From Octopus bimaculoides (taxonomy: Eukaryota): a stretch of DNA of 64,000 nt. Location: assembly GCF_001194135.2 (NCBI RefSeq), contig NC_068984.1, positions 138,872,521 to 138,936,520 on the forward strand, in the 5' to 3' direction. A model generated the notes under the pieces. It saw only the letters and a list, made by a program, of their open reading frames with translations. It was not told the DNA's origin and made no database searches. Within the stretch, counting starts at the first letter, position 1. Each line of letters begins with the position of its first letter. Made by a program: the position numbers and the translations under genes. This document shows positions 12,605 to 25,383 of the stretch, piece by piece.

Positions 12605-13750
12605 AGCAATATTTCTTCACAGTGCTGCTTAGCGAACGAAAGTAATGGACTCTTAAAACTGTTGGGAACATTCTTGGAACGCAATTCTACTCTGTCAAGC
12701 GTAGACAGTGACTCGCGGCTTTTGACAATTTCACAATACATCTATGTTTTCTTTACACCGTTAATTTTATCTCTAGGTATCATTGGAAACATACTGTCAC
12801 TCAGTGTATTTTTATCAAAGAAGCTACGCCATTTATCAGCCAGTCATTATTTAATAGCGCTGTCCATTGCAGACACTACTGCGCTCATTTTTTACGTGTG
12901 CATCGATTGGTTGAAGCGAGGATTATCAATGTGGCCCAATGGTAGCTATATTTACTTATTACACACGGAAGGCTTCTGCCAACTGTTTATATACCTTGGT
13001 TATTCATCACGCTTTCTCTCGGCTTGGATTGTAGTAGCTTTTACTGTCGAACGTTACATTGCCGTTTGCCATCCATTCCAACGATACAGGTACTACACAC
13101 GTCGTTCAACTCGGCGCATACTTTTGCTTGTAGTAATTTCATCTTTGATATTTAACCTTCATAAACCGATCCTAAGCGGAATTCATGAGGCCACCAAAGG
13201 TGGACCGAAAATATGCACAGTACATCCAAATTTCAATATAATATCATTCGTACTGGATAACGTTTTTGCATTTTTTATTACACTCGTTCCTTTCACAGTT
13301 ATTACAATACTAAACAGTCTCATAATCCGATGTCTTCTCAGAAGAAACAGAAAGAGGAACCACAATACTGTGATTACCGAGGAAAACGTCATTCGTTTAG
13401 AATTCACTTTAATTCTTCTTGTAATATCTTTCTTCTTTATTGCTCTAAATTTACCATTTTTTGTAGTATGGTGCATTCAATTTTCTAAGGCTGTATTAAT
13501 AACTAATGTTGATTTTATAAGAATGGCAGTAGATTTTGAATTTCTAAAGAGTATTTTATTTATCACACGAACTATCTTTTATATGAATTACTGCGTAAAT
13601 TTTTTTCTTTATAGTTTCACTGGAGCATATTTTCGGAAAGAATTAAGTGCTCTATTCATCTGTAAACGTAATTCCTTGAATAGAAGATCATCAAGCATTG
13701 TACGCACAACAGCTGTAAGCTGTAGATCGATGCAATCTTCCTGGGTGTAA
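12605..13750 (+). CDS. Class A (rhodopsin-like) GPCR, peptide-receptor type (FMRFamide / sex-peptide receptor-like invertebrate group); main coding exon, whole protein about 394 aa
   Basis: Seven hydrophobic segments; GN in TM1 (GIIGN), LSIAD in TM2, ERYIAVCHP at the TM3 end, LNLP in TM6, MNYCVNFFLY in TM7; N-glycosylation sequons NIS, NES, NST in the extension upstream of the tracked TTG start. Confidence 0.93.
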   Translation, partial: SNISSQCCLANESNGLLKLLGTFLERNSTLSSVDSDSRLLTISQYIYVFFTPLILSLGIIGNILSLSVFLSKKLRHLSASHYLIALSIADTTALIFYVCIDWLKRGLSMWPNGSYIYLLHTEGFCQLFIYLGYSSRFLSAWIVVAFTVERYIAVCHPFQRYRYYTRRSTRRILLLVVISSLIFNLHKPILSGIHEATKGGPKICTVHPNFNIISFVLDNVFAFFITLVPFTVITILNSLIIRCLLRRNRKRNHNTVITEENVIRLEFTLILLVISFFFIALNLPFFVVWCIQFSKAVLITNVDFIRMAVDFEFLKSILFITRTIFYMNYCVNFFLYSFTGAYFRKELSALFICKRNSLNRRSSSIVRTTAVSCRSMQSSWV

Positions 13751-14479
13751 CAAAAAAAAAAAAAAAAAAAAAAGAGAAAGAAATTTACAATTTAAATAAT
13801 CTCTACATTAAAATATTTTGTTGTGAATTTGGAAATAAGACTTCTGAAAACCTTATTACAAAATGATTTATACAAAAATTGTTTTTCAAATGATTCATAA
13901 TCAATCCAACGTGCTGTTTCATTCATTTTATAAATTTCAGAAATCGATGAATGATTGATATATCAACATCATACATCGCAGATAGTCTATCCTAAACATC
14001 TCTCAATAATATAGCTCTCAAACAATAAACTACTTCCTTACTTCTAATCTGTTTTTACTTTAGTCAATCTCTTCATGCATACAATCATCACGTTAGACAT
14101 GTTATAAGGGAGAAAATACCTTTTCAGCAGATTACAATATTGCAAACCAATGCCTAGTCATGAAAGAAATTCGCAAATTCCGGAAACAAATTTTCAGAAA
14201 CATAAAATAAGTTCGCTTATCTAATCAAATAAATCTTCCACTGATAAATATTTTTCAGCGTTTCTTTCTCTTACATTCAACTTAGTATTTTATTAAGATG
14301 CTCACGCACTTTTCCACACCTATACTTCATGCTTCAAACTAGTGGCACTAAATATCACAAATTGACAACGATGTACATCAGATCTCATGGTAAGGATTTG
14401 ATAAACTTAAAACAAAAAGATAAACTGAAAAGAAAACGTTATTGTTATAAAATATGTGTTAATATATGTGAGTCTGTAT

Positions 14480-14696
14480 ATTCATTCATTTGTTGCAGTC
14501 ATTTGACTACGGCCATGCTGGAGCACCGCCTTTAATCGAACAAATCGACCCCAGGACTTATTCTTCGTAAGCCTAGTACTTATTCTATCGGGTCTTTTTG
14601 CTGAACCGCTAGGGTACTGGGACGTAAACACACCAACACCGGTTGTCAAGCGATGGTGGGGGATAAACACAGACACAGTCACACACACACACGCAT
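14480..14696 (-). mobile_element. SINE family C, 3' half
   Basis: Reverse complement of the conserved 3' half followed by a (CA)n tract running into a gap. Confidence 0.85.
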
Positions 14697-14863
14697 ANNN
14701 NNNNNNNGCATCGTTAAAATGGTTCTTCCCACGAACACAAATTAAATTGTTTTCGTGGAGGGTAGTGGCGGACGGAAAACAAGACAGGAAAACGAAACGG
14801 TGAAATAAACAAACAAAAAGGCTGTACAGCCAGACGTGAAGTGTGTATGTATTGAACCCTGTG

Positions 14864-16360
14864 AATTACGGTGGTTAGTGTTGTACGGGGGAGCTCCACA
14901 AACTACGGACCAAGACAAGGTGTAGAGAATATTCAGGAGGTGATGTATGTAGCTAGGGAAGTAGAGAATTTAGAGGCTCCATTTGAGAAAGAATTCAGGT
15001 GAGCCCGGTAGCGGGACTTGAAATAAAGATTGCCGCCGATATAGACCCTATATATATATATATACATACATACATACATACATACATACATACATAAATA
15101 CATACATATATAAGTATACATGTATACATATATGTATATATAAAACTATATGTACATAAAATTACAGAATACTGAGAAACCCATAATTTCTTAACAGCTG
15201 TTTCAGTAAGCTCGGAGTTACGTAATAATCGTAATATTCTTAATCTTCTGATTAAATACGCAGAATGTCTTAGTTTTGCAACCAGTAAAGTGTCAGTGAC
15301 ACAGAGATATTACAAAAAGTATGGTTTCCCTCATCAAGAGAAAATTGTTAAAAGCATTTCATATAGTAGTGTCTGATATTTAAGATTCGAAAAGAGAGAC
15401 GAGGAAAAATACGAACAAAAGGCAGGGAGCGGGAAGAGAATATATGCGACGTAGGAAGGAGGAACAGAGGTAGAGAAAAAGAGGAGGGGAGGGATTTATA
15501 TGACGTAGGGGGAATAAATAGAGGTGGAGTAGATGAGACAGAGAAGAGAGAAGATGGTAAATTTAAGGTCGTTGGAAGGGAGCGCCACTGGTGTTCAAGG
15601 AATATAAGCAGTCAATAAATCACTTAGGGATGGTTGCTGACCAAAAGAGATTCAAGAAGAGATAATCAGTACAAGAAAGGAATAGGGATGGGGAAATTCG
15701 AGAAGGAAGATATGCTGAGATATGGAGAATGGTATAAAGAGAATACAGAAAGAAAATGCTGCTAGCATAGCTAAGTAATAAGCAAGAGCTTAACCACATT
15801 TTAGGGAAATCATAAAGACTTTACGTAATGAGTAAAAGGGGAATAAAATTCCGTGCTTACACGAGAAAATCACACGAGAAAATTACATCAGAGGACTTAT
15901 TGTCTAACGAGGCATTATGATAGCGAAGAATAGCAAGCGATTTCCTGAAACACAGCTTACAATTACAGTGGTTAGTGTTGTACGGGGGAGCTCCACAAAC
16001 TACGGACCAAGACAAGGTATAGAGAATATTCAGGAGGTGGTGTATGTAGCTAGGGAAGTAGAGCGTTTAGAGGCTCCATTTGAAAAAGAATTCAGGTGAG
16101 CCCGGTAGCGGGACTTGAAATAAAGATTGCCGCCGATATAGACCCTAATCTCGTGAGAAAGTGGGGTTATTACCCTGGATTTATGATCCGTTATACTCGA
16201 AATAGGAACAGAGGTTTTTATAGTTACTAGTATGGGGCTGGGAGAGGGCCTCACTGTTGTTATATGTGTGTGGGTTACTCGTATTGGTGGCGATGGTACC
16301 AGCGATTCTATTATCGAAGTGCTTAGGATTCCCGAAGCTAATTATATATTTGTGTATATA
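14864..16360 (-). mobile_element. Penelope-like element fragments in partial tandem: GIY-YIG C-terminus plus 3' UTR, then a second copy of the GIY-YIG segment
   Basis: RVYIGGNLYFKSRYRAHLNSF...STSLATY and SWSVVCGAPPYNTNHCNCKLCF, typical of the PLE endonuclease end; ~185 bp direct repeat at 14864-15050 and 15964-16148; degenerate hammerhead-like motif at 15185-15346. Confidence 0.82.
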
Positions 16361-16364
16361 TATT

Positions 16365-16424
<60 letters not shown>

Positions 16425-16833
16425 TAGAAAGTATATGGTGCTTTGAAAGCCCACTACACGACATTAGTCAATCAAAAATACTCACCGCTAGAGCACGACA
16501 ATGCCCTCGCTTTCACTGCCAATGTGACTGAGTGCGAACTTGAGGAATTTAAGATCCTGGAAGTGCTGTCTCACTCTGCTTACAGTAAAGAGCTTGCACC
16601 ATCAGATTACCTTTTCCGAACTGTGCTTCATTTTCTACGCAAATTCAGTGAGGTCGAAAACACTTGCAGGACGCTTTTTACCATCTAAAATCAGCCAAAT
16701 GGTATAAGCGTGGAATTGAACAACTGGCAAAACGATGACGGCAGACAATAAATTTTGATAAATAAATACTTTGCGTGTGTAATTTGTTTGAATTTGCTAT
16801 TTAAAGCCTGAAATACGAGAACTATTTTTACTG
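16425..16833 (+). mobile_element. Mariner transposase C-terminal relic
   Basis: LEHDNALAFTA (HDNARPH equivalent) and HSAYSKELAPSDYLFR (HPPYSPDLAPSDYHLF equivalent). Confidence 0.85.
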
Positions 16834-17451
16834 GACCTGATGTATATGTGTATGTATGTATTTGTGTGTGTATATGCGTATGTGTGTGTATATGCGTATG
16901 TCTGTGTACACAGCTTCAAAGCTGCGGTCATGCTGGGACACCAGCGAGGATATGTATATATAAGTAATGATTACACTTTTTAGCGATGACCCTGTATTGA
17001 CTAAAGAAAATATTCAAAATATTGGAGTATATAAACCCTCGAGAGAAAAAAGGGGTTTTCCGTACGCTTAGTACTCGAACCTACACACCTATATATTCGC
17101 GATAATTGCGCTACCATTGTACCAACGCACTCAAACACTCCTCCGTGTTATATTTAAGAACTATAATTTAATAGTGTTGTTTTCTAGTCAATCAACGGTG
17201 ATCGCTTATAAGTTTTAAGCTTATAAGAAATTTACAATTATTTAGAGAATTGTCACTCGTCACTGCTTCTCAATTCATCGCAGAATATAATATAATATAA
17301 TATAATATTATATATATATATATATAAAATTTGTAGTTTAGAATCAGTAGTTCTTTGACTGCTATTTCTAAATTTTCAGTATGTTGGAGAAGCAACTCAA
17401 TGCTAATCCCTGTATATTTATGATTATATATAGATAGATAGATTGATATAC

Positions 17452-17492
<41 letters not shown>

Positions 17493-17589
17493 CCAGTTGC
17501 GTTCTGAGGTTGATCTAATCGACTGACCCCCTCCCCTAAAATTTAGGATCTTGAGCCTAGAGTAGAAAAAAATATTACTGTTATTGTGT

Positions 17590-17752
17590 AGGTGGCAAGT
17601 TGGCAGAAACGCTAGCACGCCGGCTGAAATGCTTTGCCTTTAGTCCTTTCGTGCTCGATAATTTAAGTACCTGTTGCATACTGGAGTGAATCTAATCAAC
17701 TGCCCCAACTCCCCAAAAATTTCGGGCCTTGTGCCAAGAGTAGAAAAGTATC
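17590..17752 (+). mobile_element. Degenerate SINE family B variant
   Basis: ggtggcaagttggcagaaacgctagcacgccgg...aatttcgggccttgtgccaagagtagaaaag. Confidence 0.7.
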
Positions 17753-19378
17753 TAGATTTGTTTACTTACTACTACTACTACTACTAACTCCCCCACCACC
17801 TCTTAGACCATTCTTCTAAATCACCACCCCCGTTGTTGAAGCCCTCTTCTATTCGTTAGAACTGTCACCCCATGTCATGTTATTATTTGATCTATTTATC
17901 CATTATCTGTTTCTACTCTTAAATGTCACAGGTTCCAAAGTTCAATCATCTGTTTATCTACTATTTTCCTACCTGATTTTTCTATCACCTTCACCCATTT
18001 ACATCCTCCCACATTGTTCATCAGGTGCACCACTCACATTACCACTCAGCCACATTTTCTCAACCATTCTAGTACCCAACCGCCCTACTTCAATTCCCTT
18101 ATCAAAATACTCTTCCTTTTTTCTTTCTTTTCTTTTTCTTTTCGACTTCTTTCTTTGTTTTGCCTTTTCCTATTTTCCTGTCCCTTTTTCTTCTTTTGAT
18201 TTCTTCACCCCCCCCACATATATATTGGTTTCAAAATTTGTTTCAGGGCCAGTAATTTCGGAGAGAAGTAAGTCCATTACATGAACCACGGTACTCAATG
18301 GTACTTATCTTATTGATCCCGAAAGGATGAAAGGTATGATCGACTTCGGTGGCATTTGAACTCAGAACTTAAAGACGGACGAAATGCCGATTATCATAGT
18401 AACGATGCTGCTTGTTCCCTTACCTACCTACCTACCTACCTACCTACATATATACATACACGCATACATACATACATGGATGCGTGCATGCATACTTATA
18501 TATCTACACATACACACACACACACACAGATATATATNNNNNNNNNNNNNNNNNNNNNNNNNNNNNNNNNNNNNNNNNNNNNNNNNNNNNNNNNNNNNNN
18601 NNNNNNNNNNNNNNNNNNNNNNNNNNNNNNNNNNNNNNNNNNNNNNNNNNNNNNNNNNNNNNNNNNNNNNNNNNNNNNNNNNNNNNNNNNNNNNNNNNNN
18701 ATATATATATATATATATATATAAACAAAAAGATGTGCTTTTTTCTGTCTCTTCTCTCATAGCTCGTCTACCTTGCGTTCATAATAATTTTTCTATCGTC
18801 TTGGCTCAACAGCCCTCACTGTTTCTTTTTACTGTCTTGTTCTCACTGTCCTGTTCATGATAACATTTTCACCCTCCGCAAAAAATCCCAAATTTTGCGG
18901 GAAGGACTGTTCCAACGAAGCCGCGTATTGTCCTTGCCTTCGAAACGCGGAGTAGATGGAACAGGAACAACTGACGAAGGGGTATACTCTTTATGTTGCA
19001 TGTCTCGTTTGTCTGTTTGTTTTTTTCGTTGTTCGAATACATCGTTATATACATACATACATACTTATATACATACATACATACATCCTTATATACATAC
19101 ATACATACATACATACATACATACATACATACATACATACATCCTTATATGCATACATACATCTATACATTACACATTATTTTCTACTCTAGGCACAAGG
19201 CTCGAAATTTGGAGGAGGGCGCCAGTCGATTAGATCGACCCCAGTACGCAACCGTCCTGAAAATCTCAGCTCGTGTACAACGTACATCAAGACATAAGAA
19301 ACGTATCTATCTACTCTAAGCAATTCATTAACTTCCTTGTCAGATACAGTTTGCATTATGCAAAAAGATAAATAAATA

Positions 19379-19447
<69 letters not shown>

Positions 19448-19519
19448 TTATTTTACTTCACTCTTATTACATTACGATGCATGAACGCATATGTTAATAC
19501 TTATTTATATCGGTTCTTG

Positions 19520-19950
19520 GTGAATTTGTCTACAACAATTCGTCTACAACAATTCGTCTACAACAATCTATCTTCAGATAAAGCTAAAATTTGCTTTGGA
19601 GGCTTCGGAGGCTTCGGATGTTGTCATAGCATTTCTTCCAGTTGAAAGAGTGACCGAGACATTTGAGACATTATGCGATAATAATATTTTTGCTGATGAA
19701 GGTCAAGATGTAATAAATTATTTTGAGGACACATGGACTGGTCGCCCTGGGAGGAGAAATATGCGAAGGCCTTCTGTCTTTGCTCATGAAAATGGAATGT
19801 TTACGTTGTGGCTTTGCAAAATTTATATATATAAAAAACAAACAAACAAATAATGGAGTAGAAGGATGGTATAGAGCTTTCTAAGCCCAGGTTGATGTTT
19901 ACCATCCAAATATATGTAGAAATTCACTGACAGAATTCCGTGATGTACAG
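19520..19950 (+). mobile_element. Mutator (MULE) transposase C-terminal relic with a tandemly repeated terminal-like motif
   Basis: AFLPVERVTETFETLC...VINYFEDTWTGRPGRR and TNNGVEGWYRAF (RTNN.VEGWH motif); (tctacaacaattcg) repeated about 3 times at 19529-19567. Confidence 0.8.
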
Positions 19951-20139
19951 AATTTTGTCAGTGAACAGGTCGCAGTCTCAAAGCGGCGAAAATATTTTGA
20001 CAAATTAAATTTAAATGTTGAAGTGACGGTTTTTGTGTGTTTTTAAATGGCTTATAAACACCTTCCATGCTGCAATTGTTTTTGTTTCAACACACGATCT
20101 CAGATCAGGTCACATGCTATGTAAGTAAATCTCCGTGAT

Positions 20140-20181
<42 letters not shown>

Positions 20182-20655
20182 TGTGTACATACATGGTAAA
20201 TTTAACTATTTCTTTTGTAAACCGAAAGNNNNNNNNNNNNNNNNNNNNNNNNNNNNNNNNNNNNNNNNNNNNNNNNNNNNNNNNNNNNNNNNNNNNNNNN
20301 NNNNNNNNNNNNNNNNNNNNNNNNNNNNNNNNNNNNNNNNNNNNNNNNNNNNNNNNNNNNNNNNNNNNNNNNNNNNNNNNNNNNNNNNNNNNNNNNNNNN
20401 NNNNNNNNNNNNNNNNNNNNNNNNNNNNNNNNNNNNNNNNNNNNNNNNNNNNNNNNNNNNNNNNNNNNNNNNNNNNNNNNNNNNNNNNNNNNNNNNNNNN
20501 NNNNNNNNNNNNNNNNNNNNNNNNNNNNNNNNNNNNNNNNNNNNNNNNNNNNNNNNNNNNNNNACAAATTCATTAGCTTCAGAGAACTTTATTTAGTATC
20601 AGGGGACTGTCACTGTAAACGGACTTCTCAGTTCACTCAGTCTCAAGGTACAGTA

Positions 20656-20705
<50 letters not shown>

Positions 20706-21957
20706 AAAATGCTTGTGCACATGCTGTATGTCTTTTTTTCACCATCCTTTTTTACTTTTCAGACTACAGCATTCAATATGTCCTTCCTCTCTTAGAAGAT
20801 GAGGAGGAGTTTCAAGGGAATTTTGTTGCTATATCTGTTAGGTCGAACGGCCGCAAAGAAGCAGTCTGTTTTGCACGTTGAATATATACACATAAAGCTC
20901 TATGATGTGGAGGAATTTATTTTTTATCGCAGCTACAGTATTTAATGTGCTGAGCAGAAAGATTACAACACCTCCTGAGTAGTAAACGTGACAATTGATA
21001 ATGCTGCAGGAATATCAGATAAGAAAACTTTCATTTTTTGTGTGTATTTCATACGTAAGAGAAACATTCTTGTCTAGTATTAAATAGAAGCGAATACACA
21101 AGCAGTGTTTCAATCAATAATCATGATTATCTTTACGGAAAATTCGATCATTTGGGGCCATTGCAAAATACGCAAATATTCAGTTAAATGTTGTGGAAGT
21201 TTTCAAACTGCGTGCTATGTACGTGAGCAAGAAATGTGTTACGATTGATATCGTTATTCCCTTTTCAAGTAACATGTACTGGATTAGAATTACAAATACT
21301 ATTTTATCGGGTGCGTGGCGTATCTGTATATCTCGTTGAATAATGTATTTGCACCGGGAATGATCCTGTACAAAGCGAACGCTATGTATTGAGTATATAT
21401 CTTTTCATTCCACACACACACACACGCAGAAAAGGTTAGGCTCGATACAATATGACGCCCATCTCGTCGAAAGTAAAGTGATGCTGTTACAAACTCCGAT
21501 TCATCGCCCTGGACTGATAGATTATTTATCGAACAGAAAGGATGATAGGCAAGGTTAACATCGAAAAAGATTTGAATTCGCAGTATGGAAACTCGGAACA
21601 AATATTCTTTTCTACTCTAGGCACAAGGCCCGAAAGTTTGCTTCTTTTATCGACCCCGAAAGTGTGAAAGGCAAAGTCAACCTCGGTGGCATTTGAACTC
21701 AGAACGTGACCAGAACAGATGGGGACAGGAAATTCGATCCATCATAGATATATAATTTAACTGACGTGCATCCGTAGGAATGTGTTTACAGCAAGTCGCC
21801 AATATTTACTTCGACATTATGATAGCATGGCAGGATAGAAATGCATTAAGCAGCTCACGAATCAATAATTACTACTGAATTTCGCATTTTGTAATTTGTA
21901 TAACTGCTGTGTGTTGATCCTGGCAGGGAAAGTTTATGGAGACTGTACTATAGAATC

Positions 21958-22348
21958 GTGGAGGTGCAATGGCCCAGTGGTTAGGGCAGCGGACTCGCGG
22001 TCATAGGATCGTGGTTTCGATTCCCAGACCGGGCGTTGTGAGTGTTTATTGAGCGAAAACACCTAAAGATCCACGAGGCTCCGGCAGGGGATGGTGGCGA
22101 ACCCTGCTGTACTCTTCCACCACAACTTTCTCTCACTCTTTCTTCCTGCTTCTGTTGTGCCTGTGATTCAAAGGGTCAGCCTTGTCACAGTGTGTCACGC
22201 TGAATATCCCCGAGAACTACGCTTAAGGGTACACGTGTCTGTGGAGTGCTCAGCCACTTGCACGTTAATTTCACGAGCAAGCTGTTCCGTTGATCTGATC
22301 AACTGGAACCCTCGACGTCGTAAGCGACGGGGTGTCAAGAGAGAGAGG
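21958..22348 (+). mobile_element. SINE family A, full length, (GA)n tail
   Basis: Near-identical to 4760-5150; 11 bp TSD ACTATAGAATC at 21947-21957 and 22349-22359. Confidence 0.92.
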
Positions 22349-22545
22349 ACTATAGAATCATTTACTAAGCATTTAGTACGACGGGCTTTGAGTTCATCTT
22401 AAAAGTACTTCACATCTTATCTAACTTCATTTTCTAAAAAGAAAAGCATGAACACAGCGTGTCATTTCTATTCCCTCTCTTAAAAATCACTAGACTTTGA
22501 ACTTTGAAAAGATCATTATCTACTTTTTATGAACCTTTATCTAAC

Positions 22546-22926
22546 CGCATGAGTGGCTGTGTGGGAAGAAGTTTGCTTGCCAATCACATGGTTCTGGGTT
22601 CAGTCCCACTGCGTGGCACCTTGGGCGAGTGTCTTCTACTATAGACTCGGGCTGACCGAGGTCTTGTGAATGGATTTGGTAGACGGAAACTGAAAGAAGC
22701 CCGTCATATATATATATGTGTGTGTGTGTGTGTTTGTGTCTGTCCCCCACCAACGCTTGACAACTGATGTTGGTGTGTTTACGTCCCCGTAACTTAGCGG
22801 TTCGGCAAAATAAAAACGATAGAATAAGTGCTAGGCTTATAAGTCCTGGAGTCGATTTATTCGACTAAACGTGGTGCTCCAGCATGACGGCAGTCAAATG
22901 ACTAAAACAAGTAAAAGAATAAAAGA
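22546..22926 (+). mobile_element. SINE family C, full length, with internal (TA)n(TG)n microsatellite
   Basis: tRNA-like head gagtggctgtgtgggaagaagtttgct...gggttcagtcccactgcgtggcaccttgggc; internal microsatellite after gaagcccgtc; tail aacaagtaaaagaataaaaga. Confidence 0.9.
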
Positions 22927-22993
22927 TATTGTGATCCTAAGTGTCCTCAAATTTTAATCTGATAATAATTAGTTGTTATTACTGCTTTGTTTA

Positions 22994-23400
22994 TCTTTTA
23001 CTTGTTTCAGTTATTAGATTGCGGCCATGCTGGGGCACCGCCATGAAAGGACTTATAGTAGAACGAATCGATACCAGTACTTATATTTTGTAAGCCTTTA
23101 TACATATTCTATCAGATACCTTTGCCGAACCGCAAAGGTATGTAGACGTAAACAAACCAGCACCGGTTGTTAAGTGGTGGTGTGGGGAACAAACGCAAAG
23201 ACACACACACACACACACATACATACATACATACGCCACAGGCTTCTTTGAGTTGCCGTCTACCAATTCCACTTACAAAGCTATGGGCGGCCCGAGGCTA
23301 TATAGTAGAAGATACTTGTCCAAGGTGCCACACGGTGGGAATGAACCTGAAACCATGTGGTTGAGAAGCAAACTTCTTACCACACAACCGCACCTGCGCC
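22994..23400 (-). mobile_element. SINE family C, full length, tail-to-tail with the previous copy
   Basis: Reverse complement of the same family, ending cacacaaccgcacctgcgcc. Confidence 0.88.
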
Positions 23401-25383
23401 TGTTTGTTAATAATAGTTTATAACTGATAAGAAATTTTACTAACTCAGGGCTGATTGCTGATAATATAATATATATATGTTCGTCAATGCTTGAAATCCA
23501 TATCTAATAAATGGATTTTGTCTGAAATCCATATCTAATAAATGAATTTTGCCATTAGCCTGAAGGAATCATGTCATGTTACTTTAAATTACATCAAATT
23601 TGGGACAGGATGATTCGTATAAAAGATTATTTAAACAAGGCTAGAAATATGGAATACGAATGGGAGGAATTTCATTTCTATTAGATGATCAGATAATTTC
23701 ATTCGTGTTGTTTTTGTCTACTACTTTGCATTCCATCGTAAAATGACTAAAGTGAGGTAAAATTTATTCAAATTTCAAAAGACGATAAAACTAAAGTTGT
23801 AGAAGAATAGAATAAAAGAAAAAGGTAATAATAAACAAATGAATAAATAAAATACTACGAAATTGCTTTTTTTCATTTTAATCCAAATAACGTTGGAAAG
23901 GATTAAAATAAATGGAAGAAACGAATTCACTTGACAACCTAATATTTCTTCTTAAAATGGTCAAATAACTTATCATTATCAAATAAGTTTAGCGATCAAT
24001 TAACAGCTTTTGATAATAATTTCGTAGATTTTTCACTAAAGCAGAAGACACGAAATTTAAAGTGAATGGGGAATTCGAATCGAAATGTCAAATATTTTAC
24101 TTGTAACACGTGCAACACATGAAAACAATGCATTAAGAACTGAATACACATTTATTCCAGCTCAAAGAATCTTAATGTTAGTTTAATCTATAACACTAAC
24201 ATTAAGTAAAGGTGCGTGACCACGTGGTTTAGGTGCTACACCATGACTGCAGGACCGTGTTTCGATTTTCGGATGGAACAGCGAGTTGTATTCTTAAAGA
24301 TTTTTTTTATTATCTATTAAGGCGAAACATAGATGATGACAATACAATCACGAATGATTTGACATAACAGAGCAATTTGGGGCCTATTAAAATTTTTTAC
24401 ATGATTATATAAAGCAACGAATGACTGGACATGCACAAGGGACGTTTTTACAAATGGGGTGGGGGCGGGTTTTATACGAACCCCACGAACACCGCCTTAC
24501 CACTGACGTAAGTTTTTTTTTGGCTTAGCTCGCATTCACGAGGGACCTTTTATACGCGACGTTCTTCCATCTTTCATCAAACACTTTCTTACTCAGGCAC
24601 TTCCTCTCCACCTTTATTTGTCTTTTTAGGTGAAATATAGAAAAATTCACCAGACCAGGGCCAGCGAGTTGTATTCTTAAGCAAAACACTTCATTTCACG
24701 TCGTTTTGTTTCTCTGGTTGTACCACAAAAGCAACAGGTAGAATCAGCACCATTTTTGAGAACGTAAAATTGGTAATTTCTGGTGGAAGCCACTGATCCT
24801 TAGTTGCTACAATGAAGACCTTTGTTTCTAATTTAAGTCCAGATGCAAAACAACCACCGAAGGGCTATATTTTTTATGAAGATCAAAATAACGGGCCCTT
24901 GTAAAGTATTTACCATATAATGCTTTACTTTCTATCTTTAAGGCAGCTCTGAGATTCCATTTGAATAAACTTGTGCTTTTACGTGTGTGGCTTTCACGGA
25001 GGTTTTTCTAATTCATAGAGTCGCGACTTAGTCTCGCTGATCATTAACGCCATTACATATTTTTTCCTTTTGAATTTAAGTGCGGTTTCTTTATACTTTC
25101 ATGCTTTCAGACAAGTTTAAGCATCCAGTAATAAGTGTTGTTTAAACAGGTGTCTAACCCTATAGCTCCTGTCTTTAGTGGTAGTTGCAGCTGCATCAGT
25201 TTGTGTTCCGTAACCTTCCTTGGTATGAACAGTCTATCTATATTTGACGCTGGATGATGCATCCGGTGCACTGTGAGAAGCTTACGTACGAGCTATTTCA
25301 TTGATAGAACATTTTATAATATAAAAGCAGACGATCACATCAGGTATAGCCAGGGTATTGATAGTAGCAATCCTATTTCCCAT

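Noticed and set aside
12644-12664. TTG start at 12662 given by the ORF track, and the nearby ATG at 12645
   Set aside because: ATG 12645 reads ATG GAC TCT TAA in another frame; the receptor frame is open back to the acceptor at 12604 and fits a spliced start exon
23492-23553. 31 bp tandem duplication tgaaatccatatctaataaatg.attttg.c
   Set aside because: Simple local slippage duplication with no further structure
24420-24600. GC-box and CRE-like motifs suggesting a promoter
   Set aside because: They lie within probable repeat debris between SINE-D fragments, with no associated exon
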